From assembly GCA_021773355.1 (NCBI GenBank), contig JAJFKE010000026.1, positions 50,358 to 114,357 of the forward strand: 64,000 nt of DNA. The letters are read 5' to 3'. Origin of the DNA: Gammaproteobacteria bacterium. Its GTDB lineage: Bacteria; Pseudomonadota; Gammaproteobacteria; Pseudomonadales; Pseudohongiellaceae. Below are positions 27,133-35,560 of this stretch, one piece after another (position 1 is the stretch's first letter; each line of letters opens with the position of its first letter). Made by a program: the position numbers and the translations under genes. The notes below the pieces were generated by a model. That model saw nothing but the letters and a program-made list of their open reading frames with translations, was not told the DNA's origin and ran no database searches.

Positions 27133-29574
27133 TTACCGCTTTTGCAGCACTCGTTCCAGTTCATCGCTTATTACTCGACTGGCCTGCAGGCTCTTAAGCA
27201 AGGAAGGAATATTGTCGCTAATATTCACATTCAAATTTATCGCCTGCCCATTATTCATATCGGGATTTCTCCCCTCTAACTGAACTCGCATAAGTAGTTC
27301 GCCATCACTATCGTAAAAGACCTCGGTATTCATGGTCTGATACTGGTAGTTCGATAGGGCCTGGTTGACAAGTTCAAGACTTTGGTTGCTACTGGGCACC
27401 GGATTCGCAGGTGTGTAGCGAATGCTGCCGCCAGGCTTCAGAGCGCCCACAAGCCCCTTCTGTATGGTGATCTTGTTCCCTTCTAATACGAATGGCAAAT
27501 AACCACTAATAAGACCGTCTACGTGAAGCCCGGGGTATTCAGCCAGTCCCACCAGAGATTCAAGATTTAGATCGCTGAGTACCACCGCCATTTCATTCAA
27601 TTCTCTATCGGGGTTGTAGTCGATGGATGGAATATCCAGTTTGCCTCCAAGCAGGGCGGCCTCGAATTCGCGGAATTGGATTTGCTTGCTCAGGGTGTCG
27701 AAACTGTATTGCCAGGAAAGGTCAGTTAGGGGCAGACCTATATCCACATTGGCCAAAGTCGCGGTAAGCGGATTGGCTACCTGTATTCCCAGTGGCGTTG
27801 TCGCTTCAGCGAAAAAATTCGTATTCAAATCGACGAAAAAGATATCGGCGAAAAAGCCGCTCAAATTTTCCAGCTTCAATGTTATCGGGCCACCGAATTC
27901 CCAACTTTGGTCTGCTTGTTTGCTCCATGAAATATTAGCAAGGCCAACTACGTCGCCAGCCACAATGTCGCTATTGTACTGCGGAAATCTAATCAAGGAA
28001 GAAAGTGGTTCTAGCGTAGAGAAATTCTGTGCTGCAAGTTGTACTACTACGTCGCCGGTGTCTCGCAAAAAGAAATGCTGCAGGCCGACCCCCATTCGCA
28101 GGCGATCATCCAGGTCAAATTCCAGGACTCCAGTTAGAACATCCTCTTCTAACTGTAGTTTTCCGGAAAAACTGGGGTTTATTAACTCGGCGATACCGGT
28201 GACAGGATAAAATTCACCGCTGTTGAAAGCAAAACCACCACTGATTACGTCACCTACCCTAAGTTCTAAATCATCAATTTGTAATTGCATAGGGCTATCG
28301 ATAACTGCGGTATCGGCGGGTGAAACAATGTTAGGTACCGTGATCCGCATCGAGTCCGTGGCCAGGCGCATTTCGTTGTTGGAATAATCAAAGTTCAATG
28401 TGGCGGCTAGGCTTAGCCTGTCCCCGCTGTAGTCGGCAATCTCCCAGTTGAGTAATTGGTATTGCCAGTTGCTGTGCATATCGCATCTGGAGATAGAGGA
28501 GCAACTCAATTCAGTTTGGGCGAAGCGCGATTCTGCATGGAACCGAGCAGACTCTTGGGTCCAGCTGCCGCTAGCGTAAATTTCACCGAAATTCAGTAGT
28601 AAATTGGATTCAGAGGGGGCTACGCTTCCTGCAACGCTTATAGGTAGTTGAATCTGAAGATCATTGCTGCCCAGGTCCGATTCCTGTGCCAGGTGAAATA
28701 GTGATGAAGGACTGTCCAGACTAATATTCAGGGAAGATATGGAGGGGGTTCCGAACAGGTCTGCCAGCGTAAATACGCTGCGCAGGCTTAAAGCGTCATT
28801 GAAGATACTCACCGCAGGAAAATTGATTCTGTCACCTAGCAGCTGTTCCAATTCGTCTACATACAGAGTGCTGATTGCATCCACAAATAGTTCAGTTCCG
28901 CGCACAGTTAGCTCAACCTCGGAATCGATGGCCAGATTATCATTCACCATTAGCTTGGATAACAGGTTCAGGTTTTCCTTTGTAGAGCGTCGTAAGTCGA
29001 ATTCGATTTCCGTATCCTTCATTGAATCGAATTGGAGTACAGCACTCATCTGTAGTGGCGGGCTAAGAATATTTAATGCTGCCGAGTAGCTTTCGTTCTC
29101 GGAAACGACTTCTACCTTTGGCAGGCTTATATAGTCAATTGGCAAACTATCAAAGGAGTCAAGCAGGGCTGAGACGGAAGGCGAATCTTCAGACTCTCCT
29201 TTTGATATCGTCTGCGCAAATAATTCAAGCCGTAGAGCATTCACCGCAAGAGATTTGATTCGTCCTTCGAGCAGGTCTGTAAGAGTATAAGTAGCCTCCA
29301 CATTATTTAGTGTCAGTCGTAGCCCGTCACCAAGCAACACCGCATGGCCCAGTGATGCAGAGTTCTGATCTATGGAGTCAAGCTCGAAGGCGACAAGCTC
29401 AAAGCCAAGCTGAGAGATGCTGGATCTGGCAAACGGCGTAAGAATCATGTCGGGCCGGAAAAAAAAGATTCCAGCCAATAGGCAGATCAGAAGCAGAACG
29501 AGCGTTACGGCTTTTTTTGCAAGGGACATTGACTTGTTCATAGGCTTGCTAGTGTCTCGTTTCGGCAAAAGCAA
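27133..29574 (-). CDS. ydbH: YdbH, AsmA-like envelope-spanning protein
   Basis: N-terminal TM anchor followed by ~800 aa of repetitive beta-rich sequence. The operon partners ynbE and ydbL lie downstream. Confidence 0.7.
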   Translation of the reverse strand: MLLPKRDTSKPMNKSMSLAKKAVTLVLLLICLLAGIFFFRPDMILTPFARSSISQLGFELVAFELDSIDQNSASLGHAVLLGDGLRLTLNNVEATYTLTDLLEGRIKSLAVNALRLELFAQTISKGESEDSPSVSALLDSFDSLPIDYISLPKVEVVSENESYSAALNILSPPLQMSAVLQFDSMKDTEIEFDLRRSTKENLNLLSKLMVNDNLAIDSEVELTVRGTELFVDAISTLYVDELEQLLGDRINFPAVSIFNDALSLRSVFTLADLFGTPSISSLNISLDSPSSLFHLAQESDLGSNDLQIQLPISVAGSVAPSESNLLLNFGEIYASGSWTQESARFHAESRFAQTELSCSSISRCDMHSNWQYQLLNWEIADYSGDRLSLAATLNFDYSNNEMRLATDSMRITVPNIVSPADTAVIDSPMQLQIDDLELRVGDVISGGFAFNSGEFYPVTGIAELINPSFSGKLQLEEDVLTGVLEFDLDDRLRMGVGLQHFFLRDTGDVVVQLAAQNFSTLEPLSSLIRFPQYNSDIVAGDVVGLANISWSKQADQSWEFGGPITLKLENLSGFFADIFFVDLNTNFFAEATTPLGIQVANPLTATLANVDIGLPLTDLSWQYSFDTLSKQIQFREFEAALLGGKLDIPSIDYNPDRELNEMAVVLSDLNLESLVGLAEYPGLHVDGLISGYLPFVLEGNKITIQKGLVGALKPGGSIRYTPANPVPSSNQSLELVNQALSNYQYQTMNTEVFYDSDGELLMRVQLEGRNPDMNNGQAINLNVNISDNIPSLLKSLQASRVISDELERVLQKR

Positions 29575-29623
29575 CGCAAGGGGGGCGTTACCGAATCGAA
29601 CAGCACTTCAGGAAAGACAGAAA

Positions 29624-29660
29624 TAAAAAAGGGTCGGACCAGGCGGGCCAACCCTTTTTT
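29624..29660. terminator. rho-independent terminator, potentially bidirectional
   Basis: aaaaaagggt(c)gg...cc(a)accctttttt: a GC-containing stem flanked by an A-run and a T-run. It lies 15 nt 3' of the stop of the 29675-30856 gene. Confidence 0.6.
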
Positions 29661-29674
29661 AGTCTTTCCTACTA

Positions 29675-30856
29675 TTATTGCGGAGAGGACATAATCATAT
29701 TGTGCTGCATATTCATGGCGGCACGAGTTCGATTGCGCTCGGACTGCATTAATTCGCCCACTGCCGGTCCGCCCTGGTTATAGATTCCTCCACGTAATGC
29801 AAATAGCAGGTAGTCCATGGATTCTGCGTTATCCGAATCTTTGTTGGTAAATAGGGCAACGGCCTGATCCATAAGTTCATCCCGATTCTCGACGTTGGGA
29901 AAGGACAAAATGTCGGCGACTACCGTCTCCAACACATTCAGATTGTCAATTATGATAGCCGCTTCCGGTGACTGACTGTATAAATCTGGCGCTATAGCGG
30001 GGGCCATGGGTAATTCGCTGGGAGCAGGAAACATGGTCATGCCGCCGGAAGAACCTATTTTATTCCAGAAGCGTTCCAGAGTCACATTTACTCCGTCTGA
30101 AAACTGACTATCCAGGCCTTGTAAAATTACCGCTTCTAGTGAAGCGAGTTGCAGCCATTGATGTGTCCATAGAAAACCGCTTAGAAGTGGAAAGGCTGAT
30201 TTAAATCCGGTGGCCTGATCATGTTCAATCAGATAGGTGCTTTCTTTGGGTACGGTGGCAACCGAGTGGCGGTCATCGCTAAGATAATCTTCAATTGCAG
30301 CTGCAACGGCAGCTCTTTTGTCGCTTATTGATTCATCAATATAAATCGCAAATAGACGCTCTTCAAAATTTCTGCCACGCTTTAGTACTTCAGCCGTATG
30401 GCGATTGATGGCCGAGCTATTTTCAAATGCCGCTTCTGCGACTTCGTCGCTGTGCTTGCCACGCATCTGCTCCAATAATTCAATGCGTGCCTGTACTTCT
30501 AATTCCTGGTAGGGTCCGCCGCTCATACCCATGTCCATGCCGCCTTCATGATCCATCCCCGATGCCATCATCTCACTCATGCTCATATTCGCCATCATTT
30601 TGAGATTCATCTGCAGTTTATTGCGGGCATCTAAAGTGGCTGGGTTTGAATTAATTGCTGCCACCTCTTCGAAGGCTTTAGCCTGAGTTACATCGAAGGC
30701 ATTGAACAGGTCAGCCAATTGCGGATATTGATCCCGAATTTCGACCGAAGATTGAGCGCTTGCAGCAGCAGAAAAGACACTGATTGTGATGGTCAAAATT
30801 GATGCAGCCAGGCGCTTAAGGAAGGATTGATACCCTCGATTTGTAGCGTAGTTCAT
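29675..30856 (-). CDS. exported helical protein with Met/His-rich segments (hypothetical)
   Basis: Signal peptide ending AAASAQ. Contains MMANMSMSEMMASGMDHEGGMDMGMSGG and a C-terminal MNMQHNMIMSS. No family recognised. Confidence 0.5.
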   Translation of the reverse strand: MNYATNRGYQSFLKRLAASILTITISVFSAAASAQSSVEIRDQYPQLADLFNAFDVTQAKAFEEVAAINSNPATLDARNKLQMNLKMMANMSMSEMMASGMDHEGGMDMGMSGGPYQELEVQARIELLEQMRGKHSDEVAEAAFENSSAINRHTAEVLKRGRNFEERLFAIYIDESISDKRAAVAAAIEDYLSDDRHSVATVPKESTYLIEHDQATGFKSAFPLLSGFLWTHQWLQLASLEAVILQGLDSQFSDGVNVTLERFWNKIGSSGGMTMFPAPSELPMAPAIAPDLYSQSPEAAIIIDNLNVLETVVADILSFPNVENRDELMDQAVALFTNKDSDNAESMDYLLFALRGGIYNQGGPAVGELMQSERNRTRAAMNMQHNMIMSSPQ

Positions 30857-31186
30857 GGTCCCCTCTCCGATGATGCGGTTAATCAGAGTAGTATAAACCT
30901 ATCGCAACACAGCGCCAATGGTGGGATTCAGAGCCGGGGTTTCAGCAGGGCGGCGCTGACTACCAGTAATACAAGCTGATAGTCGTTAATTGAGCCTAAG
31001 GCCTAGCTATAGTGGCCTTCTATGAGTGAATTTATGCCCTTAACATTGGGCTGAGTCGAACCGAGAGTAATATTCTGCTGTTGTAATAAATTGTGACAGG
31101 AAGCAGTAAGAAGCCGTTCCGCCATACAGGGAGATGGCAAGCAGCGACTGTTCGATGCATAACACAGAAGAATAGAAGTGGTTTCA

Positions 31187-31215
31187 AGATAAGCAAATCA
31201 TCGATTTGCTTATCT
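31187..31215. terminator. 13-bp perfect hairpin just 3' of the outer-membrane protein gene
   Basis: agataagcaaatc-atc-gatttgcttatct lies 12 nt after the stop at 31227. The U-tract is weak. Confidence 0.4.
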
Positions 31216-31226
31216 CAGAGAATGGA

Positions 31227-33509
31227 TTAGCGTTGAAATAAGTAGGAAAATTTCATGAAGATTTGGTCGCCGTCTTTTCTTAGATCATTGGCGACTACCA
31301 ATTCACGTTCGCCTTCCATTTCTACAATATCGAAATTGCTCTGGTTGCTATTGTAACCCACGTAGAAAGCTGACCAGGGATTGATTACATAGCGCAGTAG
31401 TAAATCGAAGTTTAAATTTTCATCATCGCTCAGACGTGATGCGGGACCGGCATCGGTCTCATCGTATTGTGCGATAAAGCGCAATGACCATTCCTTGGTA
31501 AATTGATAGTTCCAATTACTGCGAATTATGTCGTTGCTAAAAATATCAGTTCCGCCACTCTTGGTTTCCAATTCCGTGTGAAAATAGGTATTGGAGATTC
31601 GCAGTCTATCTATAGGACGCCACAACATGTCGAAGCTAGTGCGGCTGCTATCAGCGATACTTGGCAGCGTTCCAGCAGGGGGAACCAGGTTCAACGCCGT
31701 TCCCTTGCGATAACTAAAATCGAAGGACAATGTATTCAAGCTGTTGTTGCTGTAATTGAACTGTACATCGTCATACTTGTAGACACGGTTTGTGATTATT
31801 CCGGCAAAATCTTTTGGTCTCAGTGTCTCGGAATAGTCGGTGTAGCTCACACTGAATATATTAGTGTCGAAATTTAATCCAAAACCCGGCCCCAACTGTG
31901 TATAGATTTTATCGCCGCCTATGTCATCGATATAGACACCAAATAGATTGGCGTTCCATCGATTAATGCTGGAGTTTTCTGGGTAGAAATTAAAATTTAC
32001 ACGCTGGTGTAGTCCGGAAGAGTCGGATCTAAAGAAACGCGATTGGAATCCCAGTTCGGTGCGGAAATCGCTGGTGGTTTCGATAAAGTGTGTGTGATTA
32101 GTAAACATACGACCAGCGTGGTTGACCTGTATGTTGCGCTGGTAACCCGTGGTAGTTGCGCCACCGTTTGCTGGCTCACTTTCGGTGCCAACCAGTTGCA
32201 CCTGAGTAGTCCAGTTGTCAGTTAATTTGAAACGACCGTCTACGCTTGCTACACGATTGTAGCCGTCGGCTAAATCTCTATTGGTGAGTAAGACACCGAT
32301 TCGATCCTGATCTGAAATATCCATGAAGCCACGCAGAATGGCGATATTCGCTTTCTCTCCTTTCAAAGGGTCGCCTTCGGCTCTATTCAAGCCCGGTGCT
32401 TCGTCATTGATCAGGATGCTGCCGAAGCCGTAATTGCCAGCTCTACCGGTGAATCGAGCGCCGCCTTCGGGATCGATAATTCTTCGGGTAAACACCAGTG
32501 TTGAATCGGTGGCGAAGAAGTCGGCATTCTCAACAAAGAAAGGTCGGCGTTCTGGGAACTGTACTTCAAATCTTTCGTTGAGAGTGACCTGGGGCTCATC
32601 GGATTCAACTTGGGAGAAATCCGGATTCAGGGTGATATCCAATACCATGGAATCGTTGAATATGAATTTCGCATCTATACCCAGGTCTTGTTCTGAGCTC
32701 TGGTCGAATTTTGGCCCGCCTGTGGCACCAGGGTCGAGTGCGTCCACTTCTCTGGCGAAGATGAATGGAATGATCTGTGAGTTATTGCCCGGAGATACGT
32801 CTCGGATACCGGTGAGCATGGCGGTTTGATTCAGTCGTCCCTCTACTCCGATGGAGTAGGCTGGCCAAAAAGATTCTTCGCTCAGGCGAGGAATATTTCG
32901 CGCGAATTGAACACGCCAGGTTTGTTCCGAGCTATCTGGGAAGCGCAAGCTGCGCAGAGGGATCGCCATTCTTACCATATAACCCTGGTCGGTAAGCTGC
33001 CCTTCGCTGTCCCATACCATCTCCAGGGTAGTGTCGAATCCCGCTCTTCGAGAGGAGCCTTCAGTCCAGCGTGCGTCCCATTGAATGCCCAGGGGTGTTG
33101 AGCGAAAGGAGAAGGCGGCGCGTTGATCGTTAAAGGTATCGAAGCTCATTTCGACGGTGTCATCGCCATCGATATTTTCTCGAGAAGACAGGTTCGCGCG
33201 AATTTGGTCCGGATCAGAATCGAAGGCGAGAAAGACCACATGCAGCTCTACCTGATCGTATCCGATATAGACTTTGGTGCGCTGGGTCGCGGCATCGCCA
33301 TCGTCGGGCTCGCGTTGGATGAAATTGTCGATCTTGGCCATGGATCTTGCTAAAGCAGTAGAGGGAGCCATATTTTCGAAGTCAGCAAAGCTGGGCTCGC
33401 CCTGAATTAAAGGCATTATCAATCCAGTTTCAGCAGCAAAAAGCGATTGCGAAAATAACAGCGCTACTGCAGTACCGAGTAGGCACAAATTCAACCACGA
33501 CTTTCTCAT
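31227..33509 (-). CDS. outer-membrane protein with CBM9-like N-domain and DUF5916-type barrel
   Basis: Signal peptide. The N-terminal text (FIQREPDDGDAATQRTKVYIGYDQVELHVVFLAFDSDP...DDTVEMSFDTFNDQRAAFSF) is typical of CBM9/DUF5916 proteins as I recall. Long beta-rich C-terminal part ending FMKFSYLFQR. Confidence 0.55.
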   Translation of the reverse strand: MRKSWLNLCLLGTAVALLFSQSLFAAETGLIMPLIQGEPSFADFENMAPSTALARSMAKIDNFIQREPDDGDAATQRTKVYIGYDQVELHVVFLAFDSDPDQIRANLSSRENIDGDDTVEMSFDTFNDQRAAFSFRSTPLGIQWDARWTEGSSRRAGFDTTLEMVWDSEGQLTDQGYMVRMAIPLRSLRFPDSSEQTWRVQFARNIPRLSEESFWPAYSIGVEGRLNQTAMLTGIRDVSPGNNSQIIPFIFAREVDALDPGATGGPKFDQSSEQDLGIDAKFIFNDSMVLDITLNPDFSQVESDEPQVTLNERFEVQFPERRPFFVENADFFATDSTLVFTRRIIDPEGGARFTGRAGNYGFGSILINDEAPGLNRAEGDPLKGEKANIAILRGFMDISDQDRIGVLLTNRDLADGYNRVASVDGRFKLTDNWTTQVQLVGTESEPANGGATTTGYQRNIQVNHAGRMFTNHTHFIETTSDFRTELGFQSRFFRSDSSGLHQRVNFNFYPENSSINRWNANLFGVYIDDIGGDKIYTQLGPGFGLNFDTNIFSVSYTDYSETLRPKDFAGIITNRVYKYDDVQFNYSNNSLNTLSFDFSYRKGTALNLVPPAGTLPSIADSSRTSFDMLWRPIDRLRISNTYFHTELETKSGGTDIFSNDIIRSNWNYQFTKEWSLRFIAQYDETDAGPASRLSDDENLNFDLLLRYVINPWSAFYVGYNSNQSNFDIVEMEGERELVVANDLRKDGDQIFMKFSYLFQR

Positions 33510-33624
33510 TGGATTCTCTCTTGAGTGATATTTTTAGGGCGGGGGGATAATACTTGGATTTAAAAGGCTAGGGAACCTCTGGTAACAGTTGGTCACACAC
33601 TGATAGAAGTTCCCTGGGGTAGTG

Positions 33625-34188
33625 TTATAAGGCCTGGCTGCTGTCGATGAAGCCATCTTTGTTAGGCATATCGATATCCATGATGGAATCTTTATTCAGG
33701 ACCATGGAATCATCCACAATGCCGTTCAAGAAGAGAACATAGGCAATTACCTGATAAACCTCGGAGCCACTTAGTGATTTCGGCGCGTCCGCCGGCATCG
33801 CACGCCTCACATAGTCGAACAAGGTGCTGGCATGGGGCCAGTAACTGCCAACGGTACGAATCGGCCTCTCTGCAGACTGCATATTGCCGCCGACCAGGCG
33901 AGTATTGCCCGATGTGCCACTGCCATCCATGGCATGGCAGGCGGCACATCTTCGATCGAAGATGACCTTACCCTGCACGGCGGTGCCGCTGCCATCGGGA
34001 TAGCCGCTGCCATTGGGAGGAGCGATTAGATCGAAGCCCTGTAACTGGCTTTCACTAATCGGAGTACCGAGCCCAATGGTCTGCGCTTGCATCATTGAAG
34101 AAAAACTGATTAAGGCAATAATGGCCAGGCTAAGGGCGACAAGTTTATTGCGTTTTTCAATTATGTTAGGCATAGACATTGGCAACAT
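33625..34188 (-). CDS. monohaem cytochrome c subunit (SoxD/SorB-like)
   Basis: CAACH haem motif. A signal/anchor (KLVALSLAIIALISFSS) appears only when started at the ATG cluster 34188/34179/34173, which overlaps the upstream stop (ATGTCTATGCCTAA). The ORF-track extension to 34377 is read-through into soxC-like coding sequence. Confidence 0.65.
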   Translation of the reverse strand: MLPMSMPNIIEKRNKLVALSLAIIALISFSSMMQAQTIGLGTPISESQLQGFDLIAPPNGSGYPDGSGTAVQGKVIFDRRCAACHAMDGSGTSGNTRLVGGNMQSAERPIRTVGSYWPHASTLFDYVRRAMPADAPKSLSGSEVYQVIAYVLFLNGIVDDSMVLNKDSIMDIDMPNKDGFIDSSQAL

Positions 34189-35488
34189 CCCCTGCTGTAT
34201 TAACTGCCCAACTCTGAATGCCGTGGTAATGGTAGGTACTGATATTTCCTTTTTCCGTAACCAGGCTGGTTCGGCTAGGTTGTACATTGCCCTGGCTGTC
34301 GGTGGCACGGCTTTGCAGTACGGCACTGCCACCGTTCCATTGCCAGGGAATACGAAACCTGGCCAGGGCTTTTTCACTCTGATGAGATTCGATCATGGCA
34401 TCCGCCCAACTGCGTCCACCGTCTGCGCTGACTTCTACTCGGCGAATACTGCCGCGTCCGGACCAGGCAATACCGGTGACCTGATAAACACCCTGGCGTT
34501 CCAGCTTCATCTTGCCCGAGGGTGAGGTAATAACGGATTTGGTGCCCATGGGGAAAGTAAACTGCAAACTCTTACGATCAAGCCGTGTATCTGTGTACTT
34601 ACTGGTTTCATCACGGAAGTGAGTGGGCTCAGTGGAGAGTTTAATCTGGGTGAGCCATTTAACACTTATATTTCCTTCACAGCCGGGTACGAATAGTCGC
34701 ATAGGGTAACCCTGTGCTGGCCGCACCGGCTCGCCATTTTGGTATAGCGCAAGCATGACATCGTCCATGGCTCGGTTCAGTGGAATGGAACGCCCCATGC
34801 TGGCAGCATCGGCGCCCACGGCGTTTATCCAGCGAGCTTCTGGTTCGACACCCGCTTCATCTAATAAAGTCGACAGAGGTATGCCAGTCCATTCGGCGCC
34901 GGAAACCAATCCGTGTAAACTTTGTGCTGTGCCATCTGCAGGATTGGGTCCAAACAGGGAGCCGCTATTTCCCGAACATTCCAGGAAATAGATTTTACTC
35001 ACCATGGGGTACCTGAGCAGGTCCTCGTAGCTAAACACCAGTGGTTGCCGCACCAGACCGTGGATAACCAGCTTATGTTGTGCTGGATCGATATCCGGGA
35101 TGCCGGCGTGGTGGCGTTCAAAATGCAGGCTGTTTGGGGTGATACTGCCCTGCAGTTCATGCAGAGGGGAACGAGACGCACCCCCGCCTGGATATAGCGG
35201 GTTAGGGGCTCCCGACATGCGCTGTATATTCTCCGTAAATCTGGAGCGTGTTCCGTAGCCGTTGGCGTTTGCACCAGGTTGTTTCGACCAGCCTGGTATC
35301 TCCAGATTGAGTCCAGCATCCGCTGCCAACAAAGAGCTTGAAGCTAAGCTTCCAGCCCCAGCCAAGCCTAGCCCTAGTAGATGTCGGCGATTTATTAATC
35401 CATTGCCAGCTACTTTCTCCAAATCAATATCGCTTCGGCGATTTATTAATCCATTGCCAGCTACTTTCTCCAAATCTTTGTCACTCAT
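34166..35488 (-). CDS. sulfite-oxidase-family molybdoenzyme (SoxC-like sulfite/sulfane dehydrogenase)
   Basis: Tat signal NRRHLLGLGLAGAGSLASSSLLA. Moco-cysteine motif LECSGNSGSLF. 440 aa. A cytochrome c gene is translationally coupled downstream. Confidence 0.8.
   Translation of the reverse strand: MSDKDLEKVAGNGLINRRSDIDLEKVAGNGLINRRHLLGLGLAGAGSLASSSLLAADAGLNLEIPGWSKQPGANANGYGTRSRFTENIQRMSGAPNPLYPGGGASRSPLHELQGSITPNSLHFERHHAGIPDIDPAQHKLVIHGLVRQPLVFSYEDLLRYPMVSKIYFLECSGNSGSLFGPNPADGTAQSLHGLVSGAEWTGIPLSTLLDEAGVEPEARWINAVGADAASMGRSIPLNRAMDDVMLALYQNGEPVRPAQGYPMRLFVPGCEGNISVKWLTQIKLSTEPTHFRDETSKYTDTRLDRKSLQFTFPMGTKSVITSPSGKMKLERQGVYQVTGIAWSGRGSIRRVEVSADGGRSWADAMIESHQSEKALARFRIPWQWNGGSAVLQSRATDSQGNVQPSRTSLVTEKGNISTYHYHGIQSWAVNTAGDVANVYA
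35384..35476. repeat. in-frame tandem duplication: two perfect 42-nt copies at a 51-nt period
   Basis: tcggcgatttattaatccattgccagctactttctccaaatc occurs at 35384-35425 and again at 35435-35476. It encodes DLEKVAGNGLINRR twice, separated by SDI, at the N-terminus of the SoxC-like protein. Confidence 0.9.
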
Positions 35489-35560
35489 GATTTATCTCTT
35501 AAAATTCTTAACCGTCTTTACGAATTGTTTTGTCTAAACCTTGTAAGGGCATCTGCAGCT

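Noticed and set aside
27623-28210. 195-aa plus-strand ORF antisense to ydbH.
   Set aside because: It has a Ser/Arg-rich low-complexity translation and is embedded in a long, well-supported gene on the other strand.
33510-33624. 7-bp stem (agggaac/gttccct) with a ~33-nt loop downstream of the cytochrome c gene as a terminator.
   Set aside because: The loop is far too long and there is no U-tract, so it is not convincing as an intrinsic terminator.
34189-34377. ORF-track N-terminal extension of the cytochrome c gene, and the antisense 170-aa ORF 34013-34525.
   Set aside because: The extension overlaps the 3' end of the SoxC-like gene in another frame and lacks a signal peptide. A signal/anchor appears only from the ATG cluster at 34173-34188. 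The antisense ORF has no motifs.
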